From Andalucia godoyi And28 (lineage: Eukaryota > Protista > Jakobida), in assembly GCA_009859145.1 (NCBI GenBank), contig VRVR01000003.1, positions 469,121 to 533,120 of the forward strand: 64,000 bases of DNA, in the 5' to 3' direction. Under the pieces are notes generated by a model that ran no database searches, had not been told where the DNA came from, and was given only the letters and a program-made list of their open reading frames with translations. The position numbers and the translations under genes were made by a program. Below, in pieces: positions 50,183 to 60,600 of the stretch. Position 1 is the first letter of the stretch. Every line of letters begins with the position of its first letter.

Positions 50183-50518
50183 ATGCAATCGTCTGTCTTC
50201 CCTGCGTGCGTCGTTCATCTATATTTGAACGTCGTCATCATCATCCGCCGTCCGTCTGTCTGTCTATCGTTCCCCCCTTCCTTTCTTTTTTAAAAATTTA
50301 GAATGTAGTAAACTCGGTTCTCCGCCCGCCCTTAGAATGTTTTTCAGCGCAGTCGAAAGTTCACTTGAAGGACTGCCAGCTTCCATGTGCACAAGGTCGA
50401 GACTCACAGGTTTGCAGTCAATGCCCAGTTCCCTTTCTAGTGTACAAAAGAGAGAAGAGACCATGTATTGCGCTCCTCCAGGATTGCATCTCTCTTGTTG
50501 CGCACGTCACGCATACGA

Positions 50519-51373
50519 ATGCAGTCTCTCCTTCCGCAGAACATCCCCACATATAATGCATCGGTGCCAAAGAAGCTGGGAAACGTTTTCCGATGGTGGT
50601 CCCGTTCGTACTTGCTTGATTATCTGGCATTGGCCGTTGCGCTCACCATCACGATTGTGATCTGGACGCTTGTGCGGTCCCGCGACCGCTATGTCGTTCC
50701 CAACGACACCACTCTCAAGTATCCATACGATCGCCACGAGACGGTTCCCACTTGGCTCCTGTCGGTCCTGTGCACCGTCCCTCCGCTTGTCTATTTTCTG
50801 ATTTGGGCAGCCGCTCTTCGCTCGCTCCACGACTTGCATAACGCCATTCTTGGGGAGGCGGCGGCCATGCTGCCTACTCTCCTGATTGTCGAAGTATGCA
50901 AAACAGTAGTCGGCTATCACCGTCCGAATTACTTCGGGTCCTTGGATGCATCGGGCGGAACCAATCCAACCGCAGCATTCAACGACACAGACAAGAGCTT
51001 TCCAAGTGGGCATGCCGCACTGGCGTTTGCAAGTTACGTCTTCGTTGTTTTGTACACAATTGGAAAGTTAGGCCTCCTCAATCTTGCCAACCGGAGACGT
51101 CCTGCTATTCTTGGAATGCTGCTCGCTTGTTCGTGGCTGATCCTACCCTTTTGGATCGCGCTGTCGAGAATCAACGACTACTGGCACCATCCAGCAGATG
51201 TGATCGCAGGTGCACTTGTCGGATCTGCCACAGCCCTTGTATCGTACTCCCTGACGTTCCATCCTTTGCGATCGGCACGGTGTGCCAAGCCACTGGATCG
51301 CGCCGACCCGGATTCCGCTCTTGCATTTCCACGATCCTTTATCGAAGCACCGCTGCCACTTATTGCGATATGA
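50519..51373 (+). CDS. PAP2 lipid phosphate phosphatase
   Basis: C1 KTVVGYHRP, C2 SFPSGH, C3 SRINDYWHHPADVIAG, and about six TM segments. The last 7 residues come from the dispersed repeat. Confidence 0.92.
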   Translation: MQSLLPQNIPTYNASVPKKLGNVFRWWSRSYLLDYLALAVALTITIVIWTLVRSRDRYVVPNDTTLKYPYDRHETVPTWLLSVLCTVPPLVYFLIWAAALRSLHDLHNAILGEAAAMLPTLLIVEVCKTVVGYHRPNYFGSLDASGGTNPTAAFNDTDKSFPSGHAALAFASYVFVVLYTIGKLGLLNLANRRRPAILGMLLACSWLILPFWIALSRINDYWHHPADVIAGALVGSATALVSYSLTFHPLRSARCAKPLDRADPDSALAFPRSFIEAPLPLIAI

Positions 51374-51811
51374 TGAAGCAATCTAAAGCGCACGTAAAAA
51401 CAAAAAACAAAAAACACTGCCACGCGCCACGCGCCGTGCGCATGCTTTTGCTATGTTAACAGCTCCGTCACACGATGCCCGATTCGTTTCGTCCCATTTT
51501 GATCATGAAATCCCTATATAAACACGCAACCGCGTTGCATTCTCGCACAGTGACGCTCATTTCTTATTTTCATTGTCCATGCAACGCACCATGTCCGTCA
51601 CGCCTGCAACGCTGCGCAAGACCCATGGCATCTCCACCGCCGCTTGTCAAGCGCGACGAAAACCACGTTCCGCGACCCGTCAAGTGCGTGATTGCGCTGG
51701 ATCCCGGCGTGCGCACTTTTGCAATTCGATATGACCCCTTCGGGTCGCATAATCGAGGTCGGCGCAAAGGATGTTTCGTGCGCTTATCGGCTGTGTTGTG
51801 GTGGTTTTTGA
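51350..51811 (+). mobile_element. Decayed Fanzor2/IS607-TnpB-like element 5' part with RuvC-I remnant (copy E)
   Basis: Shares its 5' end with 15596-15775. It encodes VIALDPGVRTF..YDP, and removing one C (51735-51738) continues SGRIIEVGAKDVSCAYRLC. Confidence 0.85.
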
Positions 51812-52067
51812 AATAGAAAATAATAGAAAGAATAAAAGAGGGAAGAAGCTACGGTAGGAACATCGTATTTGTTTAACGTTCAGCGTTGGTGCACAAAACC
51901 ATCAAGCCGTGTTTTTCGTTTTTTTTCGTTTTTTTTTTTTTTTTGCCTCCCACTTTCTCCACTTTCTCCACTTTCTCTTCTTTTCTATCCTTCCTTCCCA
52001 TTCACTTTCCTCCATCCCCATCCGTCCTCTAATTCACCTTTCCCCCCAGACCACAGCAAAGTGCAAG

Positions 52068-53816
52068 ATGGGAGCTCGTGTGGGAGGGGGTACCATTCGA
52101 CTGTGTTCGACAAATGCAGTCTCCGCAGCGTCGGAGGCCTCTCTCTCGCATCTGAAGGGTCCTTCGAATACTCCTCTCCTTGCAGAACACACTGCTCAAA
52201 TGTTTTCTCGCCAAGTTGAAAAGTACGGAGATCGTTGTTTTGTGGTTTCGCTCGAACAACGCATTCGGTACTCTTGGAATGAGGTCTGGGAAAAAGCCCA
52301 GAGTCTGGCCGCTGGTTTGCACCAGTCTGGGTTTCGAAAGGGAGACAAACTTGCAGTATGGCTGCCAAATTGTGCCGAGTGGGTGGTTACGCAGATCGCA
52401 ACGGCCATGATTGGAGTTCCGCTCGTTGCGCTCAATCCGGCATACAGGGCGCATGAGCTAAAGCACGCCTTAGCGCTTACAGAATGCAAGGGCTTGCTGT
52501 TGCGTCCGCGATTAAAGTCTTCCGACTATTTTTCCATCCTCAAGGAGGTCCTTCCCGGGATGGATGCGGCGAGGCCAGGAGAGATTCATTCTGCGTATAT
52601 TCCAACTTTGAGACAGGTCTTCATGCTAGATTCTCACGACCATCACACTCCTCCGCCGTCTTGCGTTGTGCCTTACCATGATTTGTTAATCGATAGACCT
52701 GCTTCGCAACTCTTGCAGCAGATCAAATCTACTATGATGCATCCCGACGACATTATCAATATACAAATGTCGTCTGGAACCACCGGGCTCCCCAAAGCAG
52801 TGGCACTGTCGCATCGGAACATTTTGAACAACGGGTATTTCTGTGGGGAGAGAATGCAGCTGACAGACAGTGATCGTCTCGTCATTCCCGTTCCATTGTT
52901 TCACTGTTTCGGGCTCGTTCTCGGAAACCTTGCTGCCATGGCTTGGGGAGCGCGGATCATCTATCCATCGGCGGTGTTCCACAGCGAGTCATGCCTTCGG
53001 GCCATTGAAACAGAACGAGCAACCGCTGTGCACGGGACTCCGACGATGTTGATAGCCATGCTCGAACATGCGAAGAAATATGACTGCTCTTCGCTTCGTA
53101 CGGGAATTGCTGCGGGTGCAGTTGTCCCAAGCGAAGTCATGAAGGCGTTAGTCCGTGAAATGAACCTCTCTCAAATGACCATCGCATACGGAATGACAGA
53201 GACTTCTCCCGTCTCTTTCCAGACGTGGGCAGATACTCCTTTCAGAGAGAAGGTCGAAACGGTAGGGCTGATTCACCCACATGCGGAAGTCAAGATTGTG
53301 GATCCGGAAACGCGCAAGCTGCTTCCCCGCAATACAGTTGGAGAGCTGTGTACAAAGGGGTATCTTGTCATGCAGGGTGGGTACTATGGGCAGCCAGATA
53401 AGACAAGGGAGACCATTGATGAGGATGGCTTTGTCAAAACGGGTGATCTTGCTACGATGAATGAAGACGGGTTTGTTCGTATCTCTGGAAGGCTTAAAGA
53501 AATGATCTCAAGGGGAGGTGAAAAGATTTCGCCTGCGTTTGTGGAGAATTTTCTTCTCCAGTACCCCAAGATCAAGAATGTCACTGTTTTGGGGGTCCCG
53601 GATGCAAAGTTTGGTGAGCAGGTTTGTGCGTTTGTCATTTCCAAGGATGGAGAAACCATTTCGGAAGGCGAGTTGCTTCAGTTTTGTCACGGAAAGATTG
53701 CGCATTTTCAGATTCCTCGCTATTGGATATTTACAGACAAGTTTACCACAACTGCAAACGGGAAAGTGCAAAGATACCTGATGCGCGGAGATGCGATTCG
53801 CATGCTTGGTCTATGA
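52068..53816 (+). CDS. AMP-binding acyl-CoA synthetase, ACSF2-like
   Basis: SSGTTGLPK, PLFHCFG, AYGMTETSP, KTGDLA, GRLKEMISRGGEKI and NGKVQRY. Confidence 0.92.
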   Translation: MGARVGGGTIRLCSTNAVSAASEASLSHLKGPSNTPLLAEHTAQMFSRQVEKYGDRCFVVSLEQRIRYSWNEVWEKAQSLAAGLHQSGFRKGDKLAVWLPNCAEWVVTQIATAMIGVPLVALNPAYRAHELKHALALTECKGLLLRPRLKSSDYFSILKEVLPGMDAARPGEIHSAYIPTLRQVFMLDSHDHHTPPPSCVVPYHDLLIDRPASQLLQQIKSTMMHPDDIINIQMSSGTTGLPKAVALSHRNILNNGYFCGERMQLTDSDRLVIPVPLFHCFGLVLGNLAAMAWGARIIYPSAVFHSESCLRAIETERATAVHGTPTMLIAMLEHAKKYDCSSLRTGIAAGAVVPSEVMKALVREMNLSQMTIAYGMTETSPVSFQTWADTPFREKVETVGLIHPHAEVKIVDPETRKLLPRNTVGELCTKGYLVMQGGYYGQPDKTRETIDEDGFVKTGDLATMNEDGFVRISGRLKEMISRGGEKISPAFVENFLLQYPKIKNVTVLGVPDAKFGEQVCAFVISKDGETISEGELLQFCHGKIAHFQIPRYWIFTDKFTTTANGKVQRYLMRGDAIRMLGL

Positions 53817-54061
53817 GCAGCAGTTCTGTAAATGTTCAGCGTGCGTATTTCACCCGTTCTTCTCTGCTTGACAAGTCACGTTCGTGTCGTTCCGAGAGCC
53901 ATGTTCACAGCCTGCGAGCGTTTGCCGTTGTTCTGCTGTAGTCCATTTGACTTTATATCTCTTTCTTGACAGTCCCCGGGTGTCTTAGTTGTTGTGTGTC
54001 TTGTGTTTTGTTGCTGCTGTTGCAGCAGTTGTTGCCGAATTTTTCGTTCCACATCGGAACA

Positions 54062-55516
54062 ATGGCATCCTTTTCGAGATGGCTCGGTCTGCTGGTTGCA
54101 TTCCAATGCGCCGTCGTAATTGCGGTCGACGTGTGCAGTAGGTCTCCCCGATGGTATGGACACCCGCGACACCCGGTGACCGGCGGTCCACTGGATTCGC
54201 CATCGACAATCGTCGTGTGGGGCCATCCTCAAGCTGGCGGGTTCGTACCGTCGTCGATTGGCGGATCTGTCCACGTGCTGAGCGACGTGGTGTACATCCG
54301 ATCGACGTTTCTGTCATTTGCTGTTCTATTCTCGAACGGCTCCGTCCTGTCCTTTGGAGCACCGGGCTCGGGGGGAGATTCTTCGTCGGTGCTGCAAGAC
54401 TTGTCGTCAGACATCGTCATGTTGCAGTCTACAAGCGGGGCGTATGCTGCCTTGAAGAAGGACGGCCGGGTTGTTACGTGGGGAAACACAAGAGACGGCG
54501 GAGACAGTACTGCGGTCAAGGATCGGCTGTTCGGCATCGTCCGAATTTATTCGAACAACCACGCGTTTGCCGCCGTGAATGCGCTTGGACAGGTCGTCAC
54601 GTGGGGCTATTCGGAAGGAGGAGGAGATTCGTCGCCGGTGCATGCGGACTTGCATGATGTTGACACAATTTACTCCACCGTTGATGCATTTGCTGCTGTG
54701 AAGAAGACTGGCGCCGTGATCACCTGGGGCCGGTCTGCCACTGGTGGAAACTCCTCTGTTGTGTCCAAGGATCTGCAAGGCGACGTGACATTCATTGCCG
54801 CAACAACCGGGGCCTTCGCTGCGCTGAAGAGAAGCGGAGCCGTTGTGACTTGGGGTCTGGCTCCGAAGGGCGGGAGCGTCTCTGGCGTTCAAGGAATAGC
54901 TGCCATCTGCTCGACTGCGTCTGCATTTGCCGCAATCAGCAAGGATGGGCGGGTGGTATCTTGGGGCGACGGCAACGGCGGAGGCCAAATCCCGTCCTCG
55001 TCTCTGGAATTGCTGTCTACGGGAGTTGTGTCCATTGCTGCGTCTGCAAGTGCGTTCGCAGCAGTGAGGAACGACGGACATGTTGTGTCGTGGGGAAACG
55101 TACACAATGGTGGAGATCAGTCCGCAGTGGACAGTAAACTGCGTGGGATTGCGATGGTACGGGCAACGGACGCAGCGTTTGCAGCGGTGCAAGGCAGAAC
55201 GGGCGCTGTGTTCACTTGGGGAAACCCTGCATTTGGTGGTGACAGCGTGACAGTCGGGGACCGGTTGCAATCGGGCATTCGAGCCGTGTTTTCAAATGTG
55301 GCAGCCTTCATCGGCATCCATGAAAATGGAACCGTTGTGACCTGGGGAAAGGCGGACGCGGGTGCAAACAGTGCATTCGTGCAGCATTTCTTGACTGATA
55401 TTCAAAGCGTGTTTGCAAGTCGAACGGCATTCATTGCTGTACAGCAGAAGAGTTATTTGCAGCAGACTATGGAGTGGTTTACGAATATGCAAGGTCTCAT
55501 CGCGGAGTTTTGGTAA
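54062..55516 (+). CDS. Secreted RCC1-like beta-propeller repeat protein
   Basis: Signal peptide followed by about 10 repeats of ~37-40 aa, STxxAFAAxKxxGxVVTWGxxxxGGDSSxV. Confidence 0.85.
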   Translation: MASFSRWLGLLVAFQCAVVIAVDVCSRSPRWYGHPRHPVTGGPLDSPSTIVVWGHPQAGGFVPSSIGGSVHVLSDVVYIRSTFLSFAVLFSNGSVLSFGAPGSGGDSSSVLQDLSSDIVMLQSTSGAYAALKKDGRVVTWGNTRDGGDSTAVKDRLFGIVRIYSNNHAFAAVNALGQVVTWGYSEGGGDSSPVHADLHDVDTIYSTVDAFAAVKKTGAVITWGRSATGGNSSVVSKDLQGDVTFIAATTGAFAALKRSGAVVTWGLAPKGGSVSGVQGIAAICSTASAFAAISKDGRVVSWGDGNGGGQIPSSSLELLSTGVVSIAASASAFAAVRNDGHVVSWGNVHNGGDQSAVDSKLRGIAMVRATDAAFAAVQGRTGAVFTWGNPAFGGDSVTVGDRLQSGIRAVFSNVAAFIGIHENGTVVTWGKADAGANSAFVQHFLTDIQSVFASRTAFIAVQQKSYLQQTMEWFTNMQGLIAEFW

Positions 55517-55528
55517 CATTTTCCTCCC

Positions 55529-55537
55529 TTCTTTCTT

Positions 55538-55614
<77 letters not shown>

Positions 55615-55656
55615 GTCTCTCTCTGTCTCTCTCTCTCTCTCTCTCTGTCTCTGTCT
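55529..55656. repeat. (CT)n/(CTGT) compound microsatellite
   Basis: Directly visible. Confidence 0.95.
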
Positions 55657-56212
55657 CCTGGAATTTGGGATGCCAGTCTTGGAAAAGAAAAAAGATTTCC
55701 GGGTCATATCGTAGAAGAAGAGTGTGAACAAAAAATGACCTGCCAGGAGTTGGTTGGATGCGTGTGAACCAAGCTGCGAGACGCTGAATTTCCAATCAAT
55801 GCATCTCAAGTATTATGCATGCTTCAGAGAAGATCGCCAAAACCAAATACCTCCGTCTATCCTTTCAATGCTTTGGCGTATCAATTCTTTGAGAGAGTAA
55901 AAACACAAGTAAAAAAAGCATTCGCAAACGCGCGCGCGCGCGCACCCACCCACCCACACAACAAAGAAAGAAAGAAAAATAAATAAATAATGAACTGAAA
56001 AACACATGCGATAGGAGAACATACACAACATCACTGGCTTCTGTTAATTCGCAGCAGAAAGAGTCTTTGCGGCTCTTTCACAGGGACTGCATGCTGAAAA
56101 AGAAGAAGAAAAGAAAAAGTCCAACGGCGATGGCATGATTTTTCTTGTATTTTCAATCCCTCTCGCCACGAGGCCGGGGCTCCCGACCTTCATCTTCACT
56201 CTCTCTTCCTTT

Positions 56213-56968
56213 TTAGGTACGCCTGTTCACAGTGGATGCAACGCACTGGCTTTCCATGTCATCAAAAAGCAATATATTAAGGCGAAATGCATGTTGCGCC
56301 TCCTGAGCAATCAAGCTGCGCATTCTCTCATCGCAGCAGTTGCCGATTTCATCAAGAGTCTGTTTGTATTCCTTCACGAACGATCTTACTGATGAAATAC
56401 TCGAAAAATTGTAAAACGCTAGACCCTTTCGATCCTCTACGTTCAAGTCGAACGTTTCGCAAACATGTCTGGCAATAATCTGCCCCCCAAACAAATCTCC
56501 GAGGTATCGAACGTATGCATGCGCAACGAGACACAGCGCAGAGTCCTTTGACGACGCAAGATCAGATAGCCTCTGCGAATACTGTCGTGTGGAACTCAAT
56601 TCCACATAAGGAGCGGCATTTACATTGCTGGCTGTCCGCTCTTCACGAAAAAAAGCAATGTCATTTTCGAGAGCGCATGTGCGATGTAGCGCGTCAAAAT
56701 CAATTGCCACACACTCGGATCGTTCTTCTCTAGCAACCTGTAAAGAGCGCTCTAGAGATCCATAGATGCATTTTAACTGAAACAAATAAGCAAGATACAC
56801 TCCTGCAGTAATACCGAGTCTCTCCGTTCCGGCGTGCTGGCCTTTGCCGCCAAGCAGCCGCTTCATGAACTGGTGGCTTTCTGCCTCGGCGTGCACGTCT
56901 GCAGTTGCCAGCTTCAGCAGGGTTGAAAGCGACGTCTGTTTGTCGTTACTGTCCGGAAGCGTACTCAT
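56213..56968 (-). CDS. Heme oxygenase (soluble, 251 aa)
   Basis: LKLATADVHAEAES with proximal His, HRTCALENDI, LVAHAYVRYLGDLFGGQII, GLAFYNF and EAQHAFRLN. No C-terminal TM anchor. Confidence 0.93.
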   Translation of the reverse strand: MSTLPDSNDKQTSLSTLLKLATADVHAEAESHQFMKRLLGGKGQHAGTERLGITAGVYLAYLFQLKCIYGSLERSLQVAREERSECVAIDFDALHRTCALENDIAFFREERTASNVNAAPYVELSSTRQYSQRLSDLASSKDSALCLVAHAYVRYLGDLFGGQIIARHVCETFDLNVEDRKGLAFYNFSSISSVRSFVKEYKQTLDEIGNCCDERMRSLIAQEAQHAFRLNILLFDDMESQCVASTVNRRT

Positions 56969-57695
56969 CCTCATCAGTCCTGACAGGTTTGTCGGGTGCC
57001 AGCGAGGAAAAAGAAAGAATTCTTGAGAGCAAGACTTCCCTTTCAGCTCACCTCCAAATTGAGCGGCAAATCCAGCGAGGCGGCGGGCGAGCTCGAAGCG
57101 CCGTCTTCTTCTTTTCTCTTTTCTCTTTTCTCTTTTCTTTTCTTTTTTGTTTCCTATGAAATTTTCACGTGGTTCGCGGAGCATTGTGGTTCCACTGACC
57201 ACCAACTCGACGACGCCACCGAAAAGGAAATGCGTCGGATCAGAACATCCGATTCGTGAAAGCAAACTAGACGCACAATTGTCGAGTTGACTTCCACGAG
57301 AGCACCGGAAGGCGCCTTGGCTTGAATCAGCAGTGACGTGTCCGCGCAACTGGTCTCCTTGGAAGTTTCTGACATGGTGACGTGCATGCCTATCTTCCGA
57401 CGGGGCCTGTTTTGCACTTCTCATCGCACAAGCGACAAAGTGCAAGTATGGAGTTGTTTCTGTATACAACAAACTCGGTTGCCACTCCTTTTCTTTAACA
57501 GAAGGGACCCCCCCAAGAAAACGTCCTCAAGTCTATGAAACAATAAAAGGAAAGAAGGAAAAATAAGAGCTCGTAGTTTTTCTTTTTGTGCACCCCGCAT
57601 CTTATTGTGTGCCTTCTCTTTTCTTTTCTTTTCTCTCTTCTTTTCATTGATAAACTTTGTAAAATTGTTTGCTTTTTGTTTCTCATCGCCAGAAG

Positions 57696-60600
57696 ATGCA
57701 GCCTTCCTCCGCGTTCATAAGCTCTTGTGAAACGGAGCCGTTGCCTCTTTCCGGAAAGATTCTGGACTACGGAGTGCTATTCGGGATCGCTTACCATGTG
57801 CACGAATTAGGCGACAATTCTGCATTGATCATGAATGTTTCCGACAATGTGGAAAGATTGTTCGGCTTCTCGGTCAATCAACTGCTTCATCGCCCGCTGT
57901 CGACGATCATCCGTTCCATGGAAATTTTCGGTGAAGAGCGCACGACGGATCTCTCCGTACTGTACAAGAAAACGCTTGCTTATGCAGGCGAAACATCACG
58001 ACTGGGGCCGATAACGGTTCATGTAAAGACCCTGAAGGGTGGAAGCTCGGAGGACGGTCTGGATAGTCTAGAATTTCTGGGATTCGCGTACATGTCCAAT
58101 GGCATTGTGATCATAGAGCTGGACTGCGCAAGCATGGCGCATTCGCTCATCAGTGCCTCTGCCCCCTGGCCCTCGAACTCTCTGCAGTACGTAGAACTGT
58201 ACAGAAGAGCAATTACAACCATGAACGAGCGAATGTCGAGTTGCAAGACACTTCATGATGTCTGTACCGTTGTTGGCGCACAAATCTTTGATTTTCTCGG
58301 CTGCGATCGCTGCATGGTTTACGAGTTTGACCTAGCCGATGAGTCTGGTGATGTGATTTGTGAATGGAAGCGCGATTCCGTGAAAACGTCGTATTATGGG
58401 CTCCACTTTCCGGCCTCTGACATTCCTCTTATAGCTCGCACATTGTACGTCAAGAACCCGATTCGATGCATTCCCGATGTGGATTTGAAGACGTCTCGCA
58501 TTCTGCCAATATCGTCGACAACGGATCTCTCGAACAGTTTCTTGCGAAGTGTATCGCCGGTGCACATTCAGTATTTAAGGAACATGGAGGTGCGGGCTTC
58601 CATGTCGCTTAGCATTGTCGTGGAGGGTCGTTTGTGGGGGCTGATTTCCTGCCACCATTACACGCCCTTCTATCCTCCTTTGCATGTCCGTTCACTATGC
58701 GAGTGCCTTTCAAAACTGGCTTCGACGACCATATCAGAAAAGCTCCGACAGCTGCAAATATCAACATGGAACGCGGACTTTCGTCTTGTTCGAACCGTGC
58801 TATCCAAGATGGCTTTTGATGTTTCGGATGATGGCGGAAATTCCTCGCATCGAGGATTGTCCCAGTGGCTCCAGTATTCCCGCAGAACGCTGATGAATCG
58901 CTTTCGCTCTCCACTGATGGTCCTCCGAGTTGCGGGAACTGTGTTTGTGTCGGGAGAGTGTCCTTCCGTGGATCCATTCTTGGAGGTTTGTACATGGCTG
59001 CGATCACGGTCTGTTCCACAGTCCTCTGTCCAGTTCTCCTTTGCTTCTCCTGTTGCAGACATACTGCTTCCGCCTGTTCAGACAGTGGAGAGCTTAGCGA
59101 AGGAGTTCCCTCCACGCCTGCCGTTCAACCTGCGATGCAAGACGGAAGGTGCAGGGGAAGCGGCGGTCGCAGGCGTCATATTCATACCTCTCTCTCCTGA
59201 TCGTTCGGATTTCCTTGCGTTTTTCCGCCCCGAAAAGGATCGTTTGATCAAATGGCTCGGAAATCCGCGAAAAATAGAGGATGACAATGGAATCTTAACA
59301 CCGAGATCGTCTTTTGAATCCTACTTGCAGACCATTGTGGGGCACTGTGAACGCTGGGATGTGGAGGACGTGGACATGTGTCGAATGATGCAGGAGGGGC
59401 TCTTTTCACAGATCCAGAATTTCAGCGCGCAAATCGAAGAACGACGCGCTCTCAAGAGCGAGTACAAAAGACTCGCCACTGCAGAGAGCGATAAGCTGAG
59501 GAAAGTCTTCCTGTCCCATCTGTCTCATCAGATGCGAACGCCTTTCAATACTGTCTTGGATACACTGAAGGACCTCGCGCAAGAACAAGAAGTACCGCAG
59601 GAAAATGTCCGGCTGGCGTACTCTTCCGCAACGTCAGCTTTGCTGCTGATCGACAACCTGTTAGAACTGCTTCGCCTGGAGACCTCTTTAATGGAGCTCT
59701 CCGAACGAGAGGCCTTTCTTCCTTCGCAGTTTGAAAGAGTATCTGAAATATTGCAAGTGGCAGCAGACCGTCGCAGCGTCCGTCTCTTCCAGTCTTTGCA
59801 TCCAGATATTCCGACGGTTGCCATATTTGATGTGGAGCGTCTCAATCAAGTATTGATGAACGTTCTTGGGAACGCCATCAAGTATACAGAATCCCGCGGA
59901 TCGGTCTTCATGAACGTGTCCATGCTAAAACTTATCGACCCGTCGTTCATTGAGGAAGAAAATCAAGCAACAATTGTGATCAGTGTGCGAGACGAAGGGA
60001 TCGGAATGGATGCTCATGTGTTAGATAATTTGTTCAACCCGCTGTTCCCAAATGACGCGGATGTGTCGAAGCGGAAGCGAGGCGGATCGTGCTTGGGACT
60101 CGCGCTCTGCAAACAGATCATCGACCGAATGAACGGCAGCATCGTCGTTGACAGCTCGATTGGAGCCGGCTCCGAGTTCATTATCCGCATACCGCTGCGC
60201 TTGCCTGTTGGAAAACCTGTGCGCACGTTGCGAGATGACTATCTTGTGCTCCACAACAAGATTGGATGGCTCCGCGAAAACTATCCTGTAGTTTTGGTGC
60301 TTGCGGGATCATTTTTCGACACCATAGCATGGGTGCTGCGATTCCTTGGGTTTGAAGTGTTTCAATGCATTGGCCTGCCGTCGCTGCGGAACCGGCTTCA
60401 GTATGAACGGAAGTACCTGATCCTCTTGGAAGACGAGAGTCTCTGTCATGACCTTCAGTCCATGTCAGAAACATTACAGTGTTTGCAGATAGTGAAAGAA
60501 TCCGCATGGAGAAACAGTTACGTTGTTCGCATCCGGTCGCAACATACGTCGAAGATAGCAGACCGAGAGAACAACTCCGGAGCACTGGGGAGTATGCAAG

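Noticed and set aside
56057-56079. 9-bp hairpin GAAAGAGTC/GGCTCTTTC as a terminator
   Set aside because: The context is eukaryotic, there is no U-tract, and an isolated stem of this size is expected by chance in purine/pyrimidine-rich spacers.
56969-57472. 168-aa N-terminal extension of heme oxygenase
   Set aside because: It translates simple-sequence intergenic DNA. Heme oxygenase homology begins just after Met 56968.
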